Assembly (NCBI GenBank): GCA_030265395.1 | Contig: JARFYF010000050.1 | Location: 23,786,568-23,850,567 of the forward strand | From: Rhina ancylostomus | Taxonomy: Eukaryota | DNA length: 64,000 nt | Direction: 5' to 3' | Shown: positions 13,185 to 24,350 of the stretch, piece after piece | Position numbering within the stretch: position 1 is the first letter of the stretch | Layout: every line of letters begins with the position of its first letter | The notes under the pieces: generated by a model | The model's input: the letters and a program-made list of their open reading frames with translations, nothing else | Database searches by the model: none | What the model was told of the DNA's origin: nothing | Program-made: the position numbers and the translations under genes

Positions 13185-13420
13185 GATATGGCCTCATCTA
13201 CATTGGAGAACCCAACAGCAGATGGGCAATAGCTTTACAGAATTCAGTCTGTAAGGACAGCCCTGAGTTTATCACCCATTACTTTAATCCTGTATCCCAA
13301 TCCCACTCCGACTTCTGTCTTTGGCCTCCTATATTACCCCAGTGATGCCTATTGTAAGCTGGAGGAACAGCAGTACATCTCCCAAGGGACTTAATATTCA
13401 GTTTACAATTTTGGATAACT
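13185..13420 (+). mobile_element. Old Penelope-like GIY-YIG fragment
   Basis: ggcctcatctacattggagaa (GLIYIGE), cattactttaatc, ggcctcctatattac and tgtaagctggaggaacagcag (KLEEQ), collinear with the 7.7-8.0 kb PLE. Confidence 0.65.
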
Positions 13421-14469
13421 TTTTTTAGATGCCACAGATGTGGCTGTACCTTTCTGTTTCAGTGCATCTGCCTTATTTTGTTCCAGCTGCCGGTACTTGT
13501 TATCTTGACTTCATAGGCACTTCTGTTTTCCCCACTTTCCCCACTCTGCATCTTCAAGCACCTGTGTCATCTTGCTTTTCCAGCTAGNNNNNNNNNNNNN
13601 NNNNNNNNNNNNNNNNNNNNNNNNNNNNNNNNNNNNNNNNNNNNNNNNNNNNNNNNNNNNNNNNNNNNNNNNNNNNNNNNNNNNNNNNNNNNNNNNNNNN
13701 NNNNNNNNNNNNNNNNNNNNNNNNNNNNNNNNNNNNNNNNNNNNNNNNNNNNNNNNNNNNNNNNNNNNNNNNNNTACAGCATAATTTACAAGGTTTAAAT
13801 ATAAAGGAGTATAGTAAAGATAGATCATTGTTTTTTCTGCCACAAATGATAACTGTGAGACATTTTCTGATTTTAGTTTGATTCATTGTTTTTATCCAAA
13901 AAAATTTGAGATAATTTGCAAGCAGTTTAATGGGGTCCGGAAGAAGAAATGGGTCAACACAGAATAACCATAGGTCTAGATGCAAGTCAGCTTTGGGAGA
14001 AGGAATTAGTCTTTTCACAGTGCCAGTGGAAAAGGCCAATATTCATTGTGTGTCTAGCTGACAATAATTAGTTCCAAATGTGAAGTAATTAACTGTGATA
14101 ATGAAATGAATGCAATCATTGGAAAAATAGAAAGAAGTAAAGGATCTTGACCTTTGAAACAAATATTCTCTGGACTTTGCTCTATGTTGCAAATTGGAGT
14201 ATTAGGAGATTATAATGGTAGCCTGAGAAGACAGGAAATGTGAATTTTCAGTAAAATGCAATGAGGAAAAAGAATAAAATAAAAGGATTCTTGCTTCAAG
14301 AAAATGCAGATGCATAATGAGAAAGGATTTCATTATTGTATACATAAATGAGGTCTTGGGGGGTAGTGGATGGATATCTGAGATTCTGAGACATGAATTT
14401 TCATGACCAACATGTAGAATGATTACACTGTTGTTAAGAGTCCTGATGTAATCATGTATAGAAATGATG

Positions 14470-15950
14470 GGGCAGGTGGTTGGAGAAGTGGGTTTTAAAG
14501 AGAATGATCGAGAAAAAGGAGTATAGTGGCAGAGAGGTTGAGGGATGCAACCGAAGGCATGGATATCAGTGGTGGAAGGAATAAAACTGAGGATTCTCCA
14601 CAGCCTAGAATTAGAGGAGCGCAGGTAATTTGGAGGATAATAGGGTTGTAAAATATTATTGCGATAGGAAGGAACAAGGCCATGGAGGGATTTGAGAAGA
14701 GATCAGAGTTTTAAAATTGAGCAGCTGTTGAATTGGGAGCCACTGCAGTTTAATGAGCAAAGGGTGTTAGTGGTGGATTTTGTGTGAGTTTTGAATGATC
14801 TCAAATTTCCAGGGAGGAGAGTACAGGATGCCAGGAGTGTGTGGAATCATCTAGTCTGCAGGTATCTAAAGCATGGATAAATCAGCAGTTGATGAGCTAC
14901 AGCAGGGACAGAGTGGGGGGGGGGGGGTAAATTGTCGTCTTTGGTGTTCTGTTTTCCAAAGCTCCTCAGGATTAAATTTGCCAGAACAGCCTGATTGAAT
15001 CTCAGGCATGGTTGGAATGGTTGACAAGGCAATAGAGTTGGTGGAAAGTCTGAATAAGTTAGGTTCAGCATTCCTTAAGTCCCATACTACCAGATTCAAG
15101 AACAGCTACTTTCCCTTCAACCATTCAATTCTTGAACCAAACAGCAAAACCCTAATCACTACAGTTTAACATCAGTCTGACCACCTGATCACTGCACTAA
15201 AATGAACTTTTTGTTTTGTTCCACTTGTATTCTTTCTTGTAAAAGTTTTTCATTGCAGCTGGCCATACATGTTCTTGTGCATATGACAATAAACTCCACT
15301 TTGGCTATATTTAGTTGGAGGAAAATTTTCTCACCTGGTGTTGTAGTAAGCAGTGATGATTTGGAGCTAATGGGAGAGATGAGGGGAGGTATGAAAAATG
15401 GTGTTGTCACTGCTGGGGAAATTGATATGGCACCTTCAGAGAATGCTGCCAAGGTGCAGTATGAGAAATAGAAGGGCCCCAAGGATAAAACTTGATTATA
15501 GGAATGGGAGGGGAAGCCATTGCATGTAATTCTCTGGCTAAGATTGGATAGAAGAGAAAGGAATTAAGTCAATGGAGTCCCATACAGTAGGACAGTGCTG
15601 TGGAGTGTTTGGAACTTGATGTTGTGGTTAACCATATCAAAAGGTGCAAATGTCATGAGGATAAGGAGGGTCATCAGTCACAGTCACAGTGAAAATGATT
15701 TGTGGTGTAAAGAACTGCCTTGTTTTCGTGAACCTAAGTGGATAGATTCGGGAATGGAGTTCTGGAAACGATGGCCGTTGTACTGGGAGCATGCCATACA
15801 TAAGAGGACTTCAGAGAGGAAAGGGAGAATGGAGATAGAGTGGCAGTTAGAGGAGAGAGACGGTCAGGGTTGATTGGTCGAGGAAAGTAGGACCTGGAAA
15901 GATCACTCAGTTGTGTCAGCTAATTTGGAGGCCATGATAGGAAATTGGGA
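14470..15950 (-). mobile_element. Decayed L2 LINE (RT and 3' region)
   Basis: Minus strand has an ILGPLLFLI-like RT motif at ~15490-15460, a LIHALDTCRLD-like motif at ~14880, and pieces of the LHWLP..FKIL..SLHGLAP region at 14740-14670. Confidence 0.7.
15065..15300 (+). mobile_element. Rex/Babar-type LINE 3' end nested in the L2
   Basis: aagtcccatactaccagattcaagaacagctactttcccttcaaccatt (KSHTTRFKNSYFP) and tail catatgacaataaact. Confidence 0.6.
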
Positions 15951-15974
15951 TTAATAGTTTAGTGGGAATATAGT

Positions 15975-16456
15975 AATTGATTTACTAGTGTCACATGTAG
16001 GGAAATGCAGTGAAAATCTTTGCTTTGCATGCCATCCAGATAAATCATTCCAAAGATAAGTCCATTGGCGTAATACAGAAGGAAAGACAATACCAGAATG
16101 CAGGACATAGTGTTGCAGTTACAGAGAAAGTACAGTGCAGATAGGCAGACAGGGTGCAAGGGCCATGACAAGGTACATTGTGAGGTCAAGAGTTTATCTT
16201 TATTGTACAAGAGTTCTGTTCAAGGCTCTTGTAACCACAGAATAGAAGCTATCCTTAAATCTGGTGTTGTGAGTTTTTGAGTTTCATATCTTCTGCCTGA
16301 TGGAAGGGGGGGAAGATGAGAGAAAGACTGGGTTGGGAGGGGTCTTTGATTATGTTGGCTGCCTTCCTGAGGCAGTGGGCAGTGTAGACAGAGTCAATGG
16401 AGGGGAGCCTGTTTTTCATGATAGACCAGGCTGTGTTCATAACTCTCTGCAATTTC
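15975..16456 (-). mobile_element. Rex/Babar-type LINE 3' end
   Basis: ORF track 16255-16452 reads LPSIDSVYTAHCLRKAANIIKDPSQP, a typical Rex1/Babar C-terminus. Same UTR as 1-335. Confidence 0.75.
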
Positions 16457-17035
16457 TCACAAAATGCTGGAGGAACTCAGCAGGTCAGGCAGCTTCTGTG
16501 GAGGGAAGTAAACAGTCAATGTTTCAGGTCGAGACCCTTCATCAGGACTGGAAAGGAAGAGGGCAGAAGCCAGAATAAGAAGGTCAAGGAGAGGGAGGAG
16601 CACGGACTGGCAGGTGATGGGCAAGTCCAGGTGAGAAGGGGGAGGGTAGATAGNNNNNNNNNNNNNNNNNNNNNNNNNNNNNNNNNNNNNNNNNNNNNNN
16701 NNNNNNNNNNNNNNNNNNNNNNNNNNNNNNNNNATGGGCAGGTCATGAGGGTGGTGGAGGGGAAAGAGGAGTGTTGGGGCCACAGGGATGATGAAAGACA
16801 AAGGGGGAGGGAGAGGGAAGGAGTTACTGGAAGTTAGAGAAATCAATGTTGAGGCCATTAGGTTGGAGACTACCAAGGCAGAATATGAGGTATTGCTCTG
16901 CCAACCAGCATTCAGCCTGAACTACCATGACAGAATGTGAGGTGTTGTTCCTCCAACTTGCATCTGGAGAATTCTGCATCTGCAGAACCTCTTGTGCGGT
17001 CCAGATTTTAGCACCTGCAGAAGCTCTTGTGTCTC
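16457..17035 (-). mobile_element. Penelope-like element 3' end
   Basis: Terminus cacaaaatgctggaggaactcagcaggtcaggcagc. GIY-YIG tail (cttggtagtctccaacctaatggcctcaacattgatttctctaac on -). Inverted terminal piece at ~17000-17035. Confidence 0.75.
16513..16550 (-). ncRNA. Minimal type I hammerhead ribozyme motif (PLE-borne; best-preserved copy)
   Basis: Minus strand CAGUC CUGAUGA A GGGUC UC GACCU GAAAC AUU GACUG. Stem I is CAGUC/GACUG, stem II is GGGU(C)/(G)ACCU, and the CUGAUGA and GAAA boxes are intact. The stem III C-G pair is lost (CpG decay), so activity is doubtful. Confidence 0.65.
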
Positions 17036-17407
17036 TGCCTTTTCTTGCAGTCTTGGACAGAGCAGCAGCAGGTGGTTGGTCTCATGTTCAGAGAGAGAGA
17101 AGAGAAACTGGAGAAGCAGCATTCTGGGGCTCAGACAAGGAGAATGTTGGGGCAAGTTTGGTCAGGTGCACAAGGGGAAGGGGTGGATGTGAGAAGCAGC
17201 TGATTCAATGGTCTCAATATTAATGGCAAAGAAGTTCACGAGCTCCTCTCACTTTTTGGTGAAGGAGACGGAGAGTATCTTAATGAGTCTTTCCCAAGCA
17301 AGAAAGCTTGGGGGTGAAATATCCAATCCAAAATGAGGCTGGAATTCTGAGCAGTTTTGGCAGACCAGAACTTTATCTCTCCGGCCATATTTGGTTGTGA
17401 GCAGTAA

Positions 17408-17705
17408 CACGGTGATGTAGCGGTCAGTGTAATGCTATTACAGCACCAGTGACCGGGTTCAATACCACCACTGTCTGTAAGGAGTTTGTATGTTCTCCCC
17501 GTGTATCTGCATGGGTTTCCTCCAGGTGCTCCGGTTTCTTCCCACATTCCAAAGACGTACAGGTCAGGAACTGTGGACATGCTATGTTGGCACCAGAAGA
17601 GTGGCAACACTTGCGGGCTGCCCCCAGCACATTCTCAGTAACACAAAAAGACGCATTTCACCATGTGTTTCGATGTACATGTAACTACTAAATAAATATC
17701 ATATC
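17408..17705 (+). mobile_element. V-SINE with Rex/Babar-type tail
   Basis: A/B-box-like head (gtagcggtcagtg..gggttcaatacc), V-domain ggagtttgtatgttctccccgtg..gggtttcctccaggtgctccggtttc..cacattccaaagacgt, tail tttcaccatgtgtttcgatgtacatgt..aaataaa. Paralog at 31.4 kb. Confidence 0.82.
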
Positions 17706-19862
17706 TGAATTCAGAGAACATTCAAATCTGCCTGGCAACAGGGATGAGGGCCATCCACGGGGAACAGTCAAGATGTAAGATCATAATGGTATTAAAAGGC
17801 TTTGAAGGTGGAGGAGGAGGCATGCTGGGCAGAATGCTAGCTGCAAAAAAGTCAATGTGAATGGAGGGCCCTTGGGTCCAGATTAAAATGATGTTCTTTC
17901 CTTAGAATTTTACAAGCCACAGGAAAAATCCTGTAAATAGAGATAGTTTCATGACTTATGGCAGTGAACTCCAAATGCCAGAAGTGGATTATCTCGGGTA
18001 AATGCATTCAGTTCAGTTCAGACTTAGCTGAACAATTCCTAATGCTTTTCTTGTGCCCAACATGACCTGTCAGTGATTTTTCAGCAATTGGCCACACAGC
18101 CATTTTACTTTTTGAAGTCAACTGTTTCTATGTGGAAATGGTGCCTAAAAATTGGATTTTAACCTTTGTGGCATACAAAAGTTTGTAAAATTGGACAGAA
18201 AGCATTAGAAGCAGTGCTGTGGTATTTTATACTCAGAATTATGTATTAAAATAGGATCTGTGCATTTCCCAGCAGTAGCTGCTTGGAGAGGTTGCAGCTA
18301 CCGAGTTATTTTTGCATTGATCATTGGGAAGGGCCTCAGATCTTAAAAGAACTCGTCCCCATGGCAGCCTAAGAAGAGCTGTATATGAGGCTCTCACACG
18401 GTGAGGGAAAACACTCCTTACATGATGGTCTGCCTCAGTTGAGTCCCAGGTTGAGAGATGCTCCATACCTTTGTAGTACTGTGCAATCAAGGGAGCAGAG
18501 ATTGGAGTGTGAACCTGTGGTGTGAATTGTAGAAAAAGGCCTCATTCAGCGATGGAACAAGTGATGAGATTTAAAATAACCTGAATGTTGAAAAGAGAGC
18601 GTGGGAGATTCAGTGTGGGAGATATCAACATCAGAGTCCAGATCCTTTAATTGATGTCTCATTGCCAATCTCAGTCAAATATGCCCCTGATTGTTTTGTG
18701 ACTGTTCAACAGAGGTCGTAGTTTGTACCCAAAAGTTCTAATATGTGCTGGCAATGGGTATGAAAATATATGAAGCCTGACTTGTGAGTCGTTGGGTGTG
18801 TGACTGACGGNNNNNNNNNNNNNNNNNNNNNNNNNNNNNNNNNNNNNNNNCATGCCTGGACAATTTCCCACTGGGGACAATTTCATGCAGAAGTGATTAC
18901 TAGTGCGATTTCGAACTAGGTAAAATTGCTTTTAGGCACGATTCGCACATGAAAAATGTGCACAGATGGGTCTGGTTTCCAGGCTGAGGTGTTTCCTTTG
19001 TATTGTGATGTGTGGTAATTGCTGTGTGGTTAATAATGCAGAGTGATTTTTAGAATGGAAATGAATGCCATTGAGTTTTTTTAAGTGAGGGTTGGGCTTC
19101 CTGTCTGTGGCTGAGACACTTCTGTGTGTACTGTGTTCCTGTTTCAATCATCCAGTTACTTTTGTTTACAAGTTCAAATGTTAAACCAAGTTGCAACTGC
19201 ACCTGATGAGTATAGAATGAAACTTTTCCAATGAAGAAAACTGTTGCTGATTTTGGGGGATAAATAACAGAAACTTTATTTGGAATTTCCTCCCCTAATC
19301 TTTGCTCCCTCGCCAGTTACTGCTCATTAAAAGCAGTTCTATGACATGTTATTGGTCACCTGTTCGAATCTTTCCCTGTATGCCGATTATGAACTTTCAT
19401 CAGGAAACACTCCTGTTAAGAACTTCAGGACACTTCACCACATTAAAAATAAAAGCAAGCTGATGTTGCTATCCACAAGCTCAACCAGGAGGCTTCAGAA
19501 AAAGGGCTGTTGGCTTTGTGCCAAATTCCATTCAGAATTGGTGGGTCAGGAGCTACAGGCAGAATATACTGAAGCTTAAAAATGTTATTGCACAATGCAA
19601 TGTTCTTAAAAGCTATGTGGTTGAATTTTTAAAAAATCCTGAGTGCCATGTGATGAGGTACCTTGTGTAGCCATTATAAGCTTCAGGATTTTCACTCTGG
19701 GTCCTCCCTGTATATATGGAGACCATCTGGGTCACTTCACTTACATTACTCATTTCAATTTTGCATGCATGAAATTCTGCCTTGTTCACAAGGCTTATGA
19801 GCAGCTTGAACTTTGGACACAAACGGGTCTTAGCCANNNNNNNNNNNNNNNNNNNNNNNNNN

Positions 19863-20070
19863 AAGAGAGACCGCAGATGCTGGAAATCTGAAGTAACACG
19901 CACAAAATGCTGGAGGAACTCAGCGGGTCAGGCAGCATCTATGGAGGGAAATGCACAGTTGACGTTCTGGTCCGAGACCCTTCATCGGGACTGATGAAAT
20001 GTTGATTGTTCATTTCCCTCCATAGATGCTTCCTGACCCGCTGATTTCCTCCAGCATTTTGTGTGTATTG
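19863..20070. mobile_element. Palindromic non-autonomous Penelope-derived element
   Basis: Arms 19896-19962 and ~20001-20066 are near-perfect reverse complements around a hammerhead-derived centre. Confidence 0.85.
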
Positions 20071-20627
20071 ATGCAGCTTTGGGGTTTGTGATATGAGTTA
20101 ACTTTCCCGGGAGTGCTACTGGGAAGTTCAAAGCATCCGTTTTCATCCAGGTAGGTTTCTTTAATGTTTACTTGTCAATGATTAGCTCCACTGCACCTCC
20201 CAACTCCCTCCTTATGATTTGGTTAGGAATCCCCCACTCTCTACCCCTCAGAGTACGTTTCCACTGACCCCACCTTCTTATTTCCACACCCTATGCCCCA
20301 CCCACACTCCCTCAATAATCTTCCACACTGTGGAATCCCTTCCTTCCACCTTTCCAACTGCCCTCAATGTTCACTTAACCCCCACCCAATCCCATACCCT
20401 TAACACTTTCTCTACCATCTCCTGTTCCCTACAGTGGTGGTAGATCACAGAGGAAAAATGCATGTTCGTGTTTGCTCAAATAAGATACAATCTGCTGCAG
20501 GTGAATTCTTGGTCTTGCATGCTAAAGAAGCATTGAGCTTATCTCGGGCCAATCATAAAACTGCCTGTCACTTTATCCAATGTAAACACATGTTGATTAA
20601 GTTTCACGCCTGTAAGAGAAACATATA

Positions 20628-20959
20628 CAGGTCCTCCCCAGGTTGCGAATGCCCAACTTATATATAGTCTATACCTGTGAATGAGTGTCTGGGAGATTGA
20701 CAGGATGGATTTGCTGGCTGCTGTGGAGCTGTAGACATCTCCTGCCATGTTGGAACTCTTGTTTGCGGCAATATCTTTGCATCTTGCAGAGAATTCTGAA
20801 TGGTTTCATGAAACATCCTGGTATAACTACACATTACTCTTGGTTGGCCTCCGCTTTTATTTAAATATATTGCTGGGCGGCTGCATTTCCAACTTTGAAC
20901 AATTCAGGTTACAAACCGTTCTCAGCAACGGATTGCTGTCGTAACCTAGGGAGGACCTG
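20628..20959. mobile_element. Tc1/mariner (pogo/Tigger-like) MITE
   Basis: TA|CAGGTCCTCCCCAGGTTGCGA ... TCGTAACCTAGGGAGGACCTG|TA: 21-bp TIRs with 2 mismatches, and TA target duplication at 20626-27 and 20960-61. Confidence 0.85.
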
Positions 20960-21599
20960 TAATGGGAACTTTGAATGGGTTATTTGCCTGGATTGCCCGT
21001 GATCAAACAAGTGTATGCAGTATTCATTGCCTTGGATCTTCACTGTGCTTGCCTTTTGACTTAGGATTCATTTACACGCAGTAGGATGGTTTGGCATTTG
21101 GCTAGTGTTTACAGTCCGTAATACACTGGAAGTGGAAGTATAACAGTTGCTTTGAGAGGCCTGGGGCTGTTTTAGAGGTTCTCCAAGATTAGAAACATAG
21201 ATGATCACCCCCATAATACCACAAGACCATCTTGCACAATTCCAGTACATTTCTATTTGGACAGGGATCTTCATAGCAATAGGCAGCAGAGAAAAAAAAT
21301 GTTTTCAAAGGTACCAAGCAACTTTAAGAGGCAATTAGCATCTTCACAATTGCCACAGTATCATGTTTTTATGGATGGCTCCATTCCTGACATGCAAGCA
21401 GTGAAAAAGCAAAGAGATGGGCCACAGATTCAAAATGTCTGTTTGAAAGAAACTTGCATTGCCATTGCAAGTTTTTGTCTTAAGGTGTACAATTACCTTT
21501 GAAAGTTAGCATTAAATGTGCTTCTACTGCCTTATTTCAAATTATAACAGCTTGCTATATTTATATGAAAAAACCCATTCATTTCACCCATATTAAATG

Positions 21600-21910
21600 A
21601 TAATCAAAACACTGCAGAAATAAAAAACGAACGTTGGAAATACTAAGCAGCTGAGGTGGCACATGTGGAAAGGTTTCAGGTCAAAGACCCTTCGTTCGAA
21701 CTGATGAACTGTGAGCAACTGCACTCTTGAGTATTTTTTCCCAGATGTTCAAGTTCTATCGGTAAAGCTTCAAAACCATTAACATCTCTTCACAATGCAA
21801 AGTGGTTTTAATAAAAAGGACTCTTGAGGTTAAACCTTGCTCACATCATAAATTGATATGACAAATGAATTGATTCTGATGAGGGGTCGCAGACCTGAAG
21901 CATTGACATT
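21600..21910. mobile_element. Older Penelope-derived element with two inverted hammerhead remnants
   Basis: gtttcaggtcaaagacccttcgttcgaactg (~21673-21703, minus-sense motif) and ctgatgaggggtcgcagacctgaagcattgac (21876-21907, plus-sense). Confidence 0.55.
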
Positions 21911-22760
21911 CAAATGGTCGTTAAATGCAGCTGAAGCTCTATGCTATCCAGTTTGCAATGAGAGATTTTTGCCTTGGTTACGTTTTTGCTCAAGTGAGGT
22001 AATTTTTAGTTTTGTTGGAAGCTTGAGGTAGGGTGTTGTAACTGTGAATGGAGGAACTCAGCTGGCTGTTTGGTGCATGTGAAATGGTGGATAGAACAGC
22101 TTTACCAAACAGGAGCCTTGTGTTTTGAATCCAGCCTGCTAGCAGCACTTTTAGAAACCAAGGCTCAGGCAAAATTAACTGTGGCTGTGGAGAAGTCTCA
22201 CATTCCATCCCACTTGTCGTANNNNNNNNNNATGCTGATGAGACGCTTGATGGGGTCAACCACAAAGCGATGGAAACAATGAAAAGATATAGAAGAGGAA
22301 AATAAAAATCCTCAGCCACACTGGGTCAATGTAGAGGTGAAAGTTACACTATCTCTGTTGTCTACATAAAGTGTGCATCAGCTGTCTGGAATGTGCAAAG
22401 AATGTCATGTCATCAGGGCAAATGTTCACTGTTCCAACACAAAGCCTTGCTGCACTGTTTTTGAGACTGGAAAGCTTTTTGGGATCTACTTAAATTTTAC
22501 TATGTTATGACTGAGAAAAGTCTTTTGGTGGGGATTGAAAATTGAAAAATGTATTTACTCATCTGGAGCCCCTTTAATGTACAAGATGGTTGTTGGTGGT
22601 TTTAACCCAAGCCTGTTGAGCCAGTTCTTGTTTTCCTGTGGTTAGCCCTGGCAGTTTTTTTTATGTGGATTGTTGCTGACAAATGGTTGAATGATTGACC
22701 TGCATTTTTGGCAATGCAAACAAATACAAGGTCAGTTGTTATCAACTTAAAGTGATTTAT

Positions 22761-22791
<31 letters not shown>

Positions 22792-23819
22792 AGNNNNNNN
22801 NNNAAAGTGATTTATCCATAGCCCCCCCCCCCACCCCCGGGCAAACTCCTTTGAGAAGTAAACTGGACAGGGTATATTTGTACAGTATGTTCAATTATTT
22901 TTAGCTTCCTTATCTCCTGATATTTAGACACAAAGGGATACTGTTAAACATAGACTCTTTGTTCTGAATACCAGTAATTCCAGTCTTTGTGCACTGTTCA
23001 CAAAACAGATTGATCCACATACTGGTTCTTACAGAAAACTTAACTACCTCAGAATATTTCTTTCCTTTCCCAGGATTATGGAGTTTCACCTGCAGACAGT
23101 AATGAGCCTGCTTATAAAACAGTTCAGTGTGCAATTTAAAATGTTGTCAGTCAAGGCTGAACAGTCTTTTAAACGGCTGCTGTTAATTTTAGGGACTAGT
23201 TTCTTTATCTTCCTCATTGTTAAGTGGATCTTAAAACCACATGTACTGAAGTAGTTGCTATCACCCTTCCAATTTTAGAGAGACCATTTGGTTCAATTTG
23301 GTTTTATTTCTGAATTTACTTCAAGAATGTCTACATGTTTAAGATAGATTTGGACAGCAGTTTCATAACCAGAGCTTAATAAATATGTTTTGCTTGATTG
23401 GCAGTGCGAATGAACATCCTTCAAAGTTGATTAGCATTAGATTGGTTTTGAAAGGCAATTCCTTGAAACTGATTTTATTTGCTTTAGCAGACATTGGAAT
23501 TCTCACATCTTGTCTGTGACTCAAAACTACAAATTGCATTGTAGTACAACATTTTTATGAAGATAACTCACTGTGCTAAGCCACTTAGATGAAGTTCTGA
23601 ATTTTTATAAATGAAATTGTGGTGTTGTAGTGTGCTGCACCTTTCTTTAAAATATTAAGAAACCAGCCATCTTAAACAGTCTGGCAAGTTCAAACAAGGA
23701 AACTACCAATAATTATGTATTTTTAAAAAATATTTTTGATTTTACTCAGGAATTATAAATATTTTCTCAGTGCTATTCTAGCAACATGTAAAGGAAGCTG
23801 CATTGATATAATATTTGTA

Positions 23820-24350
23820 CAATAATTTTACATAGAATTTAATAGATATGGCAACATTCTGCTTGTCCTAAGCAGTCAGTGTTGGCATGATCCTCCACAT
23901 GAGTTATCCTAAACTTTTCTGCCTGACCTGTTCTGTTATCCCGTTATCACCAACCCCCACCTTTCCAACTGATACTTCAATGTTTCTGCTTCAGCCACTA
24001 ACTCTAGTGATGTATGCTGCAGGCTTACATATCTTTTAGGGGAAAAATGTTTCTCCTGCTCTCTGTTCTAAGCCTTTTTATGTTCAGACTTCTGTCTCTT
24101 CCTTGATATCTTGGCCACAGAAAGCAGATATTCTATTCATCCTGTCTCGTCTACTCATAATTTCATAAATTTTGATAAAACCACTTTATCATCTGTTCTG
24201 ACAAAATAGGCCTAATTTTACAAGTATTTTATTATGTTACTTTTTCCTCACGAGACCATCATCTCCGTAAACCTGTATTGAACCATCTCTATTGTCTTAA
24301 TATTTTACATATGTGTGAAGCTAGGATTAGTTATTTAACCTATTGTCATT
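23820..24350 (-). mobile_element. Old CR1 LINE 3' fragment
   Basis: Decayed reverse-strand CR1 motifs (ggaaaaatgtttctcctg, ctctattcatcctgtc..ctcataatttcataaa, atctccgtaaacctgtattgaaccatctct). Confidence 0.5.

Noticed and set aside
15202-15471. Protein-like ORF (SSDDLELMGEMRGGMKNGVVTAGE)
   Set aside because: Antisense reading of the decayed L2 and the nested Rex tail.
17408-17475. tRNA-like sequences at SINE heads (also 31366 and 55690)
   Set aside because: No complete cloverleaf; they continue directly into SINE bodies.
22749-22832. Duplicated aaagtgatttatccat followed once by a 26-nt G run and once by a C run, which looks like a G/C hairpin
   Set aside because: The two copies sit either side of a 10-N gap. 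Most likely an unmerged contig overlap with a sequencing poly-G artefact.
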